Assembly: GCA_963822945.1 (NCBI GenBank) | Contig: CAWGJO010000041.1 | Location: 1 to 64,000, forward strand | Source of the DNA: an uncultured Gemmatimonadaceae bacterium | GTDB lineage: Bacteria > Gemmatimonadota > Gemmatimonadetes > Gemmatimonadales > Gemmatimonadaceae | Direction of reading: 5' to 3' | DNA length: 64,000 nucleotides | Shown: positions 42,301 to 51,024 of the stretch, in pieces | How the letters are laid out: every line of letters begins with the position of its first letter | Numbering within the stretch: position 1 is the first letter of the stretch | Notes under the pieces: model-generated | What the model was told of the DNA's origin: nothing | Seen by the model: the letters and a program-made list of their open reading frames with translations, nothing else | The model's database searches: none | Made by a program: the position numbers and the translations under genes

Positions 42301-43021
42301 CGCGCCCTGGTGCAGGGCCTGCAATCGGTGAGTGAACGGCTGCAACAAGACCGGGAGCAGAACGCCCGCGGCCAGCAGGAGGCGGGGAGACAGGGGCAGC
42401 AGGGTCAGCAAGCCCAGCAGAGTCAGCAAGGACAGCAGGGTCAGCAAGGCCAGCAGAGGCCAGCAGGGCCAACAAGGCCAGCAGGGCCAGCAAGGCCAGC
42501 AAGGCCAGCAAGGACAACAGGGTCAGCGGGGCCAGCAAGGACAGCAGGGCCAGGGCGGGCAGAATGGTTCCGGCGGTCAGCGCGCCCAGTCGGGTCAGCG
42601 CGGGGGTGGCGGCGCCATGCAGGGCGGCGGGGGCCCGTCGCGCATGGGTGCGGCGAACGGCCGCGCGCTCACGCCCGCGGAGCTGGAGCAGTTCTCGCGC
42701 GAACTCTCGCAGCGGATGGCCGATGCCGACACGTTGCGCAGCATGCTCTCGCGCCAGGGAGTGGACGTTTCGGAGCTCGATCGAGCAATCGACAAACTGC
42801 GCGCGGTGAGCCGGCCGAGCGCTCTTGCCGACACCTCGGCGGCCGTGGCGCTCAGGTCACAGGTGATCGAGGGGCTCAAGGCGTTCGAATTCGCGCTGCG
42901 CCGCACCCTGGGCAACGACGACCAACGCGTGCTGCTGGGTCGTTCGGGCGACGTACCGCCGGCGTTCCGGGCGCTGGTGGAGGAATACTACCGTTCGATC
43001 GCACATCCGAAGAAGCCGTAA
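39370..43021 (+). CDS. Large membrane-anchored Ig-like + Gln-rich coiled-coil protein (DUF4175-like; apparent +1 indel at about 42457)
   Basis: 3 N-terminal TMs; YPAYT, PDRPPTV, AEDDYGV, YYARATDND; long Q-rich helices; C-terminus VPPAFRALVEEYYRSI in ORF 42332..43021. Confidence 0.8.
42385..42560 (+). repeat. Coding (GQQ)n tandem repeat
   Basis: 9-bp units such as GGCCAGCAA / GGTCAGCAA / GGACAGCAG. Confidence 0.85.
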
Positions 43022-43070
43022 CCGCGACTGACGGCCGACCGCTGCCTGCTGCCTGCCAGCAGCCGGCGGC
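43021..43070. repeat. Degenerate heptamer tandem repeat between convergent genes
   Basis: CTGACGG CCGACCG CTGCCTG CTGCCTG CCAGCAG CCGGCGG. Confidence 0.5.
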
Positions 43071-43076
43071 ACACCG

Positions 43077-44081
43077 TCAGCCGTTGTCGCTGGGTCGCAA
43101 TCCGCCCAACGCCACCTCCGTCCCCACCTGCTCGCGCTCTGCCCGTTCGAAGACGTGCGCGGCGGCGGCGAGGTCTTCCACCGCCAGGCCGAGCGACTTG
43201 AACAGCGTGATCTCCTCGGCGCTCTCCCGGCCCCGCGCCTTGTCGATCAGGATCTCACCGAGTTCGGCCACCACGTGCTGTTCGGAGATCCTGCCCTCGC
43301 GCATCGGCACCAGGTAGTCGGCCGATTCGTGGACCAGCGACTCCCGGCGGTCGGCGAACAGGCGCGACCGCGCCACCGCGTCGCTGTCCAACTCGCGGGC
43401 GTCGGGCTGCGACGCGCCGACGGCGTTCACGTGCATGCCCGGCTCCAGCCACTCGCCGAACAGCACCGGTTGGCGCGACGACGTCACGGTGCACACGATG
43501 TCGCTGCCGAGCACCGCGTGTTCCGGGCTGTCGCACACTTCCACGGCGATGCCCAGCGCCTCCCCCGCCCAGGCGGCGAATGCCTTGGCGTGCTTCCAGT
43601 TCAGGCTGAACACGCGCACCGCGGACAGCGGCCGCACGAGCGAGATGGCTTCCAGGTGCGTGCGGGCCTGCACGCCGCTCCCGAGCAGCGCGAGGGTGGA
43701 CGCGTCCTCCCGGGCCAGGAGTTTGGTGGCCACGGCGGACACGGCGGCGGTGCGCACGGCCGTGATGGAGGACGCGTCGAGCATCGCGGCCAGCGTGCCC
43801 GTCTTGCCGTCGAACAGCAGCACCGCGCCCTGGTGCGAATCGAGGTTGGTGCCGTGATTGCCCGGGAAGACGGTGATCATCTTCACGCCGAACACCGGCA
43901 GCGCCGCCGAGTAGGCGGGCATCATGGCGAACACGTCGTGCGTGTCCGGAATCCGCATCACGGGCCGCAGCGGCAGCACGACCTCGCCGCGCGACAGCGA
44001 TGCGAGCGCCTCCTCCATGAGCGGGATGCACTCGCCCATGGGGAGAAGCGCGGTGACCTCGGACTGATTCAGGATGCGCAT
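43077..44081 (-). CDS. Ornithine cyclodeaminase/mu-crystallin family protein
   Basis: MMPAY, GVKMITVFPGN, ITAVRTAAVSA, GSGVQA, HVNAVGA, FKSLGLAVEDL. Confidence 0.93.
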   Translation of the reverse strand: MRILNQSEVTALLPMGECIPLMEEALASLSRGEVVLPLRPVMRIPDTHDVFAMMPAYSAALPVFGVKMITVFPGNHGTNLDSHQGAVLLFDGKTGTLAAMLDASSITAVRTAAVSAVATKLLAREDASTLALLGSGVQARTHLEAISLVRPLSAVRVFSLNWKHAKAFAAWAGEALGIAVEVCDSPEHAVLGSDIVCTVTSSRQPVLFGEWLEPGMHVNAVGASQPDARELDSDAVARSRLFADRRESLVHESADYLVPMREGRISEQHVVAELGEILIDKARGRESAEEITLFKSLGLAVEDLAAAAHVFERAEREQVGTEVALGGLRPSDNG

Positions 44082-44087
44082 GAAATG

Positions 44088-44148
44088 GCAGTCAGGCAGT
44101 CGGACAGTCGGACGGTCCGTGAAGCGAACGGTCGGACGGTGAAGCGGG
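44088..44148. repeat. 8-bp tandem array (same family as 7794 and 36171)
   Basis: GGCAGTCA GGCAGTCG GACAGTCG GACGGTCC ... AACGGTCG GACGGTGA. Confidence 0.65.
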
Positions 44149-44180
44149 GAGCGCCCGCTCCACCGTGCCGCCGCGCCGTC

Positions 44181-45839
44181 TCACTCCTCTCCCATGAACG
44201 GATACGTGTAGTCCGTCGGCGGCGAGAAGGTCTCCTTCACCGACCGCGAGCTGACCCAGCGCACGAGGTTGAGCTTGGAACCGGCCTTGTCGTTGGTACC
44301 CGACCCGCGGGCGCCGCCGAACGGCTGCTGTCCCACCACCGCGCCCGTGGGCTTGTCGTTCACGTAGAAGTTGCCGGCGCTGTTGCGCAGTGTGGCCATC
44401 GCCTCGCGCACGCCGCGGCGATCGGTGGAGAAGATCGCGCCGGTGAGCGCGTACGGTGACGTGTTGTCGATGGCGTGCAGCGTCTCGGCCCACTTGGCGT
44501 CGTCGTACACGTACGCCGTCAGCACGGGGCCGAAGATCTCCTCGCACAGCAGGCGGTAGCCGGGGTCGTCGGTCTCGACGAGCGTGGGTTCGATGAAGTA
44601 GCCCACCGAGTCGTCGGTGTTGCCGCCGGCGATGATCTTGGCGTTGCGCTTGGCGTCGGCGATGTACTCGCTGATCTTCCGGAACGCCTTCTGGTCGATG
44701 ACCGCGCCCACGAAGTTGCGAAAGTCCTGGATGTCGCCCATCCGCATGTCTTCCATGATCGCCACCAGCCGGTCGCGGACGGCGGGCCAGAGCGACTTGG
44801 GGACGTACACGCGGCTCGCCGCCGAGCACTTCTGCCCCTGGTACTCGAAGGCGCCGCGCGCGATGGCCACCGCCAGCGACTGCGGATCGGCCGACGGGTG
44901 GGCGAGGATGAAATCCTTGCCGCCCGTCTCGCCGACGATGCGCGGGTACGACCGGAACTTCGACATGTTGGCGCCGATGGTCTGCCACATGTTGTTGAAC
45001 ACCATCGTGCTGCCCGTGAAGTGCACGCCGGCCAGGTCGGGGTGCGAGAGCGCGATGTCGCTGATCATCGCCGCGTCGCCGCTCACCAGATTGATTACGC
45101 CCGGCGGCAGCCCCGCCGCCTCGAGCACCTGCAGGATGTAGTGGGCGGAGAGCATGGCGCTCGATGCCGGCTTCCAGAGCACCGTGTTGCCCATCAGCGC
45201 CGGCGACGTCGGCAGGTTGCCGGCGATCGACGTGAAATTGAACGGCGTGACCGCGTACACGAACCCTTCCAGCGGACGGTAGTCGAGCTGGTTCCACATC
45301 GTGTGGTTCGAGAGCGGCTGCTCGTCGTACAGCTCCTGCGCGTAGTGCGGGTTGAACCGCCAGAAGTCGATCAGCTCGCACGCCGAGTCGATCTCGGCCT
45401 GGAACACCGTCTTCGACTGGTTGAGCATCGTCGCCGCGTTCGCCGTGTCGCGCCACGTGGTGGTCAGCAGCTCGGCGGCCCGCAGGAACACCGCCGCGCG
45501 ATCCTCCCACGCCCAGTTGGCCCAGTCGGCGTGCGCCGACTTGGCGGCGGCGATGGCCTGCTCCACGTGCTCCGGCGCCGCCCGGTGCCAATCGGCGAGC
45601 ACGTGCTTGTGGTCGTGCGGCATCACGGCCTGCGCCGTCTCGCCGGTGCGGACCGGCGTGCCGCCGATCACCATCGGGATGTCGATCCGCTCGCCGGCCA
45701 TCGCGGCCAGGCGCGCCTTGATCGACGCCTTCTCGGGAGAGCCGGGCGCGTATCCGCGCACGGGTTCGTTGACGGGAGGAGGAACGCGGCGCGTGCCATT
45801 GAAGGCCGCGAGCGGAGAGATGCGGTCGGAGGAAGCCAT
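44181..45839 (-). CDS. pruA: L-glutamate gamma-semialdehyde (P5C) dehydrogenase
   Basis: NEPVRGYAPGS, QAEIDSACELIDFWRFN, PFNFTSI, FTGST, GETGGKDF, EYQGQKCSA, EEIFGP, SGTNDKAG. Confidence 0.96.
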   Translation of the reverse strand: MASSDRISPLAAFNGTRRVPPPVNEPVRGYAPGSPEKASIKARLAAMAGERIDIPMVIGGTPVRTGETAQAVMPHDHKHVLADWHRAAPEHVEQAIAAAKSAHADWANWAWEDRAAVFLRAAELLTTTWRDTANAATMLNQSKTVFQAEIDSACELIDFWRFNPHYAQELYDEQPLSNHTMWNQLDYRPLEGFVYAVTPFNFTSIAGNLPTSPALMGNTVLWKPASSAMLSAHYILQVLEAAGLPPGVINLVSGDAAMISDIALSHPDLAGVHFTGSTMVFNNMWQTIGANMSKFRSYPRIVGETGGKDFILAHPSADPQSLAVAIARGAFEYQGQKCSAASRVYVPKSLWPAVRDRLVAIMEDMRMGDIQDFRNFVGAVIDQKAFRKISEYIADAKRNAKIIAGGNTDDSVGYFIEPTLVETDDPGYRLLCEEIFGPVLTAYVYDDAKWAETLHAIDNTSPYALTGAIFSTDRRGVREAMATLRNSAGNFYVNDKPTGAVVGQQPFGGARGSGTNDKAGSKLNLVRWVSSRSVKETFSPPTDYTYPFMGEE

Positions 45840-46040
45840 GTGCGGGTCTCGAATCGTGCCGGGTACGAGGGGCGCGCAGGGGGCGGGCCCACGGAAAGAT
45901 ACCCGCCATCACCGGCCGGGCCAACGCATCGCGCACTCGCCTTGGGAACCGCAATTGACCAGATTTCCCGGACTCGTTGAATCCTCCGCGAACCGGGGCC
46001 CGCCTGCTGCACGCCTCCCGGTCCCGTACCCACGCACGAC

Positions 46041-46736
46041 ATGCCACCCGTGAAAGTCCTCATTGCCGACGACGACGACACCGTCCGTGCGCTGGTCAGC
46101 GCGGTGGCGGTGAGCCTGGGCTACCAGCCGACCATCGCCACTGACGGCGCGGCTGCATGGCGGCTGTACGAGGAAGAGCGGTTCCCGCTCATGGTGGTGG
46201 ACATCGAGATGCCCGTGATGGACGGGCTCGAACTGTGCCGGAAGATCCGCTCGGTGGACCAGCGACACGAGACGTTCGTCGTCGTCCTCACCGGTCGCAG
46301 CACGCACGAGGACCTCGGGCAGGTGCTGGAAGCCGGCGCCGACGACTACATGTCCAAACCGACGACGCCCGACAATCTGCGCGCGCGTCTGGTCATCGCC
46401 CAGCGGCGCATGGCGCAGGAGGCGCAGCGCCGGGCCGCCGAGGAGGCGCTGGCCAAGGCGCGCTGGATGGCGGGCATCGGCGAAACCAGCATCGCGCTCC
46501 AGCACGAGATCAACAATCCGCTCTCGGCCCTCCTGGGCCACGCCGAGCTGCTGATGCTCGACGAGCAGGACGACGGCGCCGAGCCGAACGAGCACGTGCG
46601 GGTGATCCACGAGCAGGCCCGCCGCATCGCCGACGTGGTGAAGCGGCTGGGCCAGTTGCGCGATCCGCAAACCGTGGAATACGTGGCTGGATCGCGGATG
46701 CTCGACCTCAGCAATCCCCCGGTCGAGGAGTCGTGA
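46041..46736 (+). CDS. Response regulator receiver + HisKA domain protein lacking HATPase
   Basis: VLIADDD, DIEMPVMDG, GADDYMSKP; HEINNPL H-box; ends about 70 aa later with no N/G boxes. Confidence 0.85.
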   Translation: MPPVKVLIADDDDTVRALVSAVAVSLGYQPTIATDGAAAWRLYEEERFPLMVVDIEMPVMDGLELCRKIRSVDQRHETFVVVLTGRSTHEDLGQVLEAGADDYMSKPTTPDNLRARLVIAQRRMAQEAQRRAAEEALAKARWMAGIGETSIALQHEINNPLSALLGHAELLMLDEQDDGAEPNEHVRVIHEQARRIADVVKRLGQLRDPQTVEYVAGSRMLDLSNPPVEES

Positions 46737-47644
46737 CGCCGTCGGACCGCGCGCCGCGCTTCCTCGGCGCGCATACGATTGCCAACGGCGGGATTCATAT
46801 GGCCGTGCGCCGCGCCGCCGATGCGGGGATGACGGCGCTGCAGATCTTCAGCGCGATTCCCAAGTACTACGGCGACAAGGTCGGCATCAAGCCCGATCGG
46901 GCGCAGCGGTTCCGCGACGCGCTGGCCGAAGCGGCTATCGCGCCCGAGCACGTGGTGGTGCACGCCGCGTACGTGCTCAACACCGCGACCCCGGATCCCA
47001 CCAAGTGGTCGCGGGCGCGCGACGGACTGGCCAAGGAATTGGAGCGGTCCACCGCGCTGGGCGTCGGGGCCGTGTGTTTCCATCCGGGGGCCGCCACCGA
47101 CGACGACCGCGATGCCGCGCTGGACCGCATCGCCGCGGCGATCACCCACGCGCTGGAGCGCACCGACGGGAGCACGCGTCTGCTGGTGGAGAACACGGCG
47201 GGCGCCGGCCGCACGATGGGGCGCACCCCCGCCGAGGTGGCCGGCATCCTGGAGCGCGTGCCGGCGGCGTTGCGCGCGCGCACCGGCTACGGCCTCGACA
47301 CCTGCCACCTGTTCGCGTCGGGGTTCGCCATCGGCGAGAGCGCCGAAGCGCAGGCGGCGGTGCTGGACGAGTTCGAGCAGGCCACCGGGGAGCGTCCCGG
47401 GTTTTTCCACCTCAACGACAGCGAGGGGGCGCAGGGGTCGAACCGGGACCGCCACGCGCTGATCGGCGAGGGACAGATCGGCGTGGAGCCCTTCCGATGG
47501 CTGCTGCACGATGCCCGCACGGAAGGCGTGCCGTGCATTCTCGAAACCCCGCAGGAGAAGCCCGACATCGCCGACGACGATCCGAGCGCGGACCCGTGGG
47601 ATGTGCGGATGATCGAACTGCTGCGCGGGCTGGAGCGGGGATGA
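46733..47644 (+). CDS. nfo: Endonuclease IV (AP endonuclease family 2)
   Basis: GTGA overlap; LGAH, LQIF, HAAYVLN, FHPG, ENTAG, DTCHLFA, HLNDS, DRHALIGEG, ILETP. Confidence 0.92.
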   Translation: MTPSDRAPRFLGAHTIANGGIHMAVRRAADAGMTALQIFSAIPKYYGDKVGIKPDRAQRFRDALAEAAIAPEHVVVHAAYVLNTATPDPTKWSRARDGLAKELERSTALGVGAVCFHPGAATDDDRDAALDRIAAAITHALERTDGSTRLLVENTAGAGRTMGRTPAEVAGILERVPAALRARTGYGLDTCHLFASGFAIGESAEAQAAVLDEFEQATGERPGFFHLNDSEGAQGSNRDRHALIGEGQIGVEPFRWLLHDARTEGVPCILETPQEKPDIADDDPSADPWDVRMIELLRGLERG

Positions 47645-47756
47645 TGGCGAACGGGCGGCCGCCGGCAGTTCGCCGGTAGCCGTCCGCAGTCGAGCGCCGA
47701 CCGCCGACTGATAAGCGCTGACTGTTGAGAGAACGCATTCCGTGCATCCGCGACTC

Positions 47757-47789
47757 GATACTTGCATGATTAGCTAAGTATCTTATCTT
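47757..47789 (+). promoter_or_regulatory. Promoter and overlapping palindromic operator for the ArsR operon
   Basis: GATACTT-12 bp-AAGTATC (47757-47782) overlapping TTGCAT-16 bp-TATCTT; ATG only 8 nt after the -10 box, no SD. Confidence 0.65.
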
Positions 47790-47797
47790 GTCTCTCC

Positions 47798-48070
47798 ATG
47801 GACTCCGCCTTCAAAGCCCTGGCCGACCCCACGCGCCGGGAAATCCTCAAACTGTTGCGCAAAGGGCCGCGCACCTCAGGGGAGATCGCCGAGCAGTTCG
47901 ACACCGCCTGGCCCACGATCTCTCGCCACCTGGGCGTGCTCCGCGACGCCGGGCTCATTCTGTCCGAGCGCCACGGGCAGCAGATCCAATATGAACTGAA
48001 TACCACCGTCTTCGACGACGTGATCGAGCAACTGCTCGACTGGGTCCGTCCGGGGAGGAAGCATGCGTAA
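47798..48070 (+). CDS. ArsR/SmtB family autorepressor, SdpR-like
   Basis: FKALADPTRREIL..GEIAEQF..TISRHL..LNTTVF; upstream of SdpI-like gene. Confidence 0.9.
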   Translation: MDSAFKALADPTRREILKLLRKGPRTSGEIAEQFDTAWPTISRHLGVLRDAGLILSERHGQQIQYELNTTVFDDVIEQLLDWVRPGRKHA

Positions 48071-48698
48071 GTGGTTTCCCGTGATTCCGGTCGCGGGGGC
48101 ATTCCTGTTGTCGGCCGCCGTGTATTCGCGGCTGCCCGCTCGCATGGCCACGCACTGGGGGATCGACGGCACCCCCAACGGCTACAGCAGCCGTCTGGTC
48201 GGCGCCTTCGTGATGCCCGTGATGGCCCTGGCCATCTGGGGATTCATGCGCGGCCTGCCGTACATCGATCCCCGCCGCGCCAACTACGCCAAGTTCCAGA
48301 GCACCTACGACCTGATGGTCAACGCGGTAGTGACGCTTCTGGCGCTCGTCCACGTCTTCGTGATCGGGCACGCCCTCGGATGGCCGATGCCCGATCCCGG
48401 CCGGATGGCGCCGCTGCTCGTGGGAACGATGACCCTCATTCTCGGCAACGTGATGCCACGGGCCCGTCCGAACTGGTGGTTCGGGATCCGCACGCCATGG
48501 ACGCTCACCAGCGACACGGTCTGGACCAAGACCCATCGCGTGGGCGGATACCTGATGACGGCGGCCGGCGTGGTCACGTTGCTCTCGGTCTTCCTGCCGC
48601 CCAGGGCAACCTTCGTCGTGCTGATGGTCGCGATCATCGGTGCCTCGCTGGGCTCCGTGGTCTACTCCTATTTCGCATGGCGAGAGGAACAACCGTGA
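48063..48698 (+). CDS. SdpI family membrane immunity protein (DUF1648 + SdpI)
   Basis: LP.RMATHWGIDGTPNG; GNVMP..PNWWFGIRTPWTL..VWTKTHR..GG; YSYF. Confidence 0.92.
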   Translation: MRKWFPVIPVAGAFLLSAAVYSRLPARMATHWGIDGTPNGYSSRLVGAFVMPVMALAIWGFMRGLPYIDPRRANYAKFQSTYDLMVNAVVTLLALVHVFVIGHALGWPMPDPGRMAPLLVGTMTLILGNVMPRARPNWWFGIRTPWTLTSDTVWTKTHRVGGYLMTAAGVVTLLSVFLPPRATFVVLMVAIIGASLGSVVYSYFAWREEQP

Positions 48699-50265
48699 CC
48701 AGACACGTAATGGCCGCCGCGGGTCTCGCCCTCGTGCTGGCCGGCACGGCCCGCGCCCAGGGCGCCGCCCCGTACACCTTCCGCATGATTCTCGGCCGGG
48801 ACACGCTCAGCAGCGAGGTCGTGCAACGCACGCCGTCCCGCCTCGACGTGGACATGATCGACAAGACAACCGGCGCCCACTGGCAGTACGGGATGACCCT
48901 GGCGCCCGACGGGCGCGTGTCGGCGATGAGCAATGCCTACTACCGGCTGGCCAAGAGCGACACCGTGCCCTTCCAGCGGGCCGACGTCGCCTTCGAGGGG
49001 GATTCGGTGACGGTGACCGTCTCCGGCAACGTCTCACGCTTCGCGCATCTGGCCACGCAGGCCGGCGCCGTGCCGTACATCAACCCGTCGTTCGCGATGA
49101 TCGAGCAGGTGCTCCGGCGTGCCCGTGCCATGGGGGGCGCCGTGGACACCGTCCCCCTGTTCATGCTCGTAGGCGGGCAGACGGTCCCGGCGATCGTGGA
49201 GCGCCAGGGAACTGATTCGGCCGTCGTCCGCATTGGCATGGCGGCCATGCACGCCGCCGTGGGACCCGACGGGGAACTGCTGGGACTCGTGATCCCGGTG
49301 CAGCAGGTGAGGGTGATCCGCCTCGAGGGCGCGCACCCGCTCGTCACCGGGACGGTCGACTACGGCGCGCCGCCGGGCGCGCCGTACACCGCACAAGACG
49401 TGACCGTGCACACGCCGGAGGGGCTGACGTTCACCGGCACGTTGACGCTGCCGACGGTGCGCCACGGCCGGGTGCCGGCCGTGGTGACGATCACCGGGTC
49501 GGGGGCGGAGGATCGCGACGAGCGAATCTCGATCGTCGCCGGCTACCGCCCCTTCTGGCAGGTGGCCGACACGCTCGCGCGGCGCGGGATCGCGACGCTC
49601 CGGCTGGACGACCGCGGCGTGAACGGGTCGAGCAGCGGTCCGGCCGGCGCCACGTCCGCCGACTTCGCCAACGACATCCGGGCGGCGCTGGCGTATCTGC
49701 GGACGCGTCCGGAGATCGACGGGTCGCGCCTCGCCCTGGTGGGGCACAGCGAGGGCGGGATGATCGCGCCGATGGTGGCGGCCACGGATTCCACGCTTCG
49801 CGGGATCGTCCTCCTGGCGGGCCCGGCGTACACGGGCCGGCGCATCCTGGAATTCCAGCAGCGGAACGGGGTGGCGAACGCGCCCGGACTCACCGCCGCC
49901 GAGCGGGCGACGGCGATGGAGCAGAGCGCGGCGGCCATGAAGAGCCTGATGGCCACGAGCGCATGGCTGCGCTTCTTCGCCTCGTACGATCCCTCCCCAC
50001 GGCGCGGAAGGTGCGGGTTCCGGTGCTCATCCTGCAGGGGGAGACCGATCAGCAGGTGACGCCGGAGCAGGCCGACACCCTCGCGGCGGCGTTCCGCGCC
50101 GGGGGAAATCGGGACGTCACCGTCCGAAAATTCCCGGCGACGGATCACCTCTTCCTCGCCGATTCGGTGGGTAACCCGGCGCGCTACGGCATGCTGTCCA
50201 CCCGGACGGTGCGCCCCGCGGTGCTCGGTGCGCTCGCCGACTGGCTGGTGGATCACCTGCGCTGA
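48695..50265 (+). CDS. Exported alpha/beta hydrolase (apparent frameshift in C-run about 49992)
   Basis: GTGA overlap; signal peptide; GTLTLP, ITGSG.EDRD, LRLDDRG, GHSEGG, LQGETDQQV, DHLF. Confidence 0.88.
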
Positions 50266-50335
50266 CCGGCGCGGCGGGGCCATTCTCCGAGGAGAAACCG
50301 GCGCGCTCCAGAGGGAAAACGCCGCAAAATTCCTA

Positions 50336-50363
50336 TTGCGTCCGCGAGGGAGTGTTTTACCTT
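50336..50363 (+). promoter_or_regulatory. Putative sigma70 promoter of SWIB gene
   Basis: TTGCGT-16 bp-TACCTT with A-rich upstream sequence. Confidence 0.4.
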
Positions 50364-50429
50364 TCCGCGCGACGGACAGCGGTTCCCTCTGAGAAGACCA
50401 CTCCGTTTCACAAATCCAGGAGAGAGCAC

Positions 50430-50864
50430 ATGGCCGCGAAAAAGGGCAAGAAGACGGCGAAGAAGGCCGGTAAGAAGCCCGCGAAGAAGGCTGCGAAGAA
50501 GTCCGCGAAGAAGGCTGCGAAGAAGCCCGCGAAGAAGAGTGTGAAGAAGGCGGCGCGCAAGCCCGCCAAGAAGGCGGCGAAGAAAAAGGCTGCACCGAAG
50601 AAGAAGGTGAAGCGGAAGCCCAACGCTGCGTTCATGCGCCCCGTTCAGCCCGATGCGGTGCTCGCTACGGTCGTCGGTTCCACCGCGATTCCCCGCACCG
50701 AGATCACCAAGAAGCTCTGGGCCTACATCAAGAAGAATGGTCTGCAGGACGCCAAGGAGCGTCGCATGATCAACGCCGACGCCAACCTCAAGGCGGTGTT
50801 CGGTGGCAAGAGCAGGGTCTCGATGTTCGAGATGACGAAGCTCGTGGGCAAGCACGTCAAGTAG
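50430..50864 (+). CDS. Histone H1-like Lys/Ala-rich repeat + SWIB/MDM2 domain protein
   Basis: AGGAG RBS, ATG 50430; about 60 aa of xAKK repeats; PNAAFM..RTEITKKLWAYIKKNGLQD..INADANLKAVFGG..MFEM. Confidence 0.92.
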   Translation: MAAKKGKKTAKKAGKKPAKKAAKKSAKKAAKKPAKKSVKKAARKPAKKAAKKKAAPKKKVKRKPNAAFMRPVQPDAVLATVVGSTAIPRTEITKKLWAYIKKNGLQDAKERRMINADANLKAVFGGKSRVSMFEMTKLVGKHVK

Positions 50865-50886
50865 TTCGCTCCGGCTTCACACAGCG

Positions 50887-50915
50887 AGGGCGCGCTCACG
50901 GCGCGCCCTTTGTTG
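50887..50915 (+). terminator. Rho-independent terminator
   Basis: AGGGCGCGC-TCACG-GCGCGCCCT followed by TTGTT. Confidence 0.8.
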
Positions 50916-51024
50916 TGTCCGGGACTCCCGGGCCCGGGAACCACGACGTGCCACGCGCCGTAGGGTGGCGTAGATTCCTGTCGTCATCCGCCGTTCCTCA
51001 CTTCTCAACCGCGATCGAGTCCGC

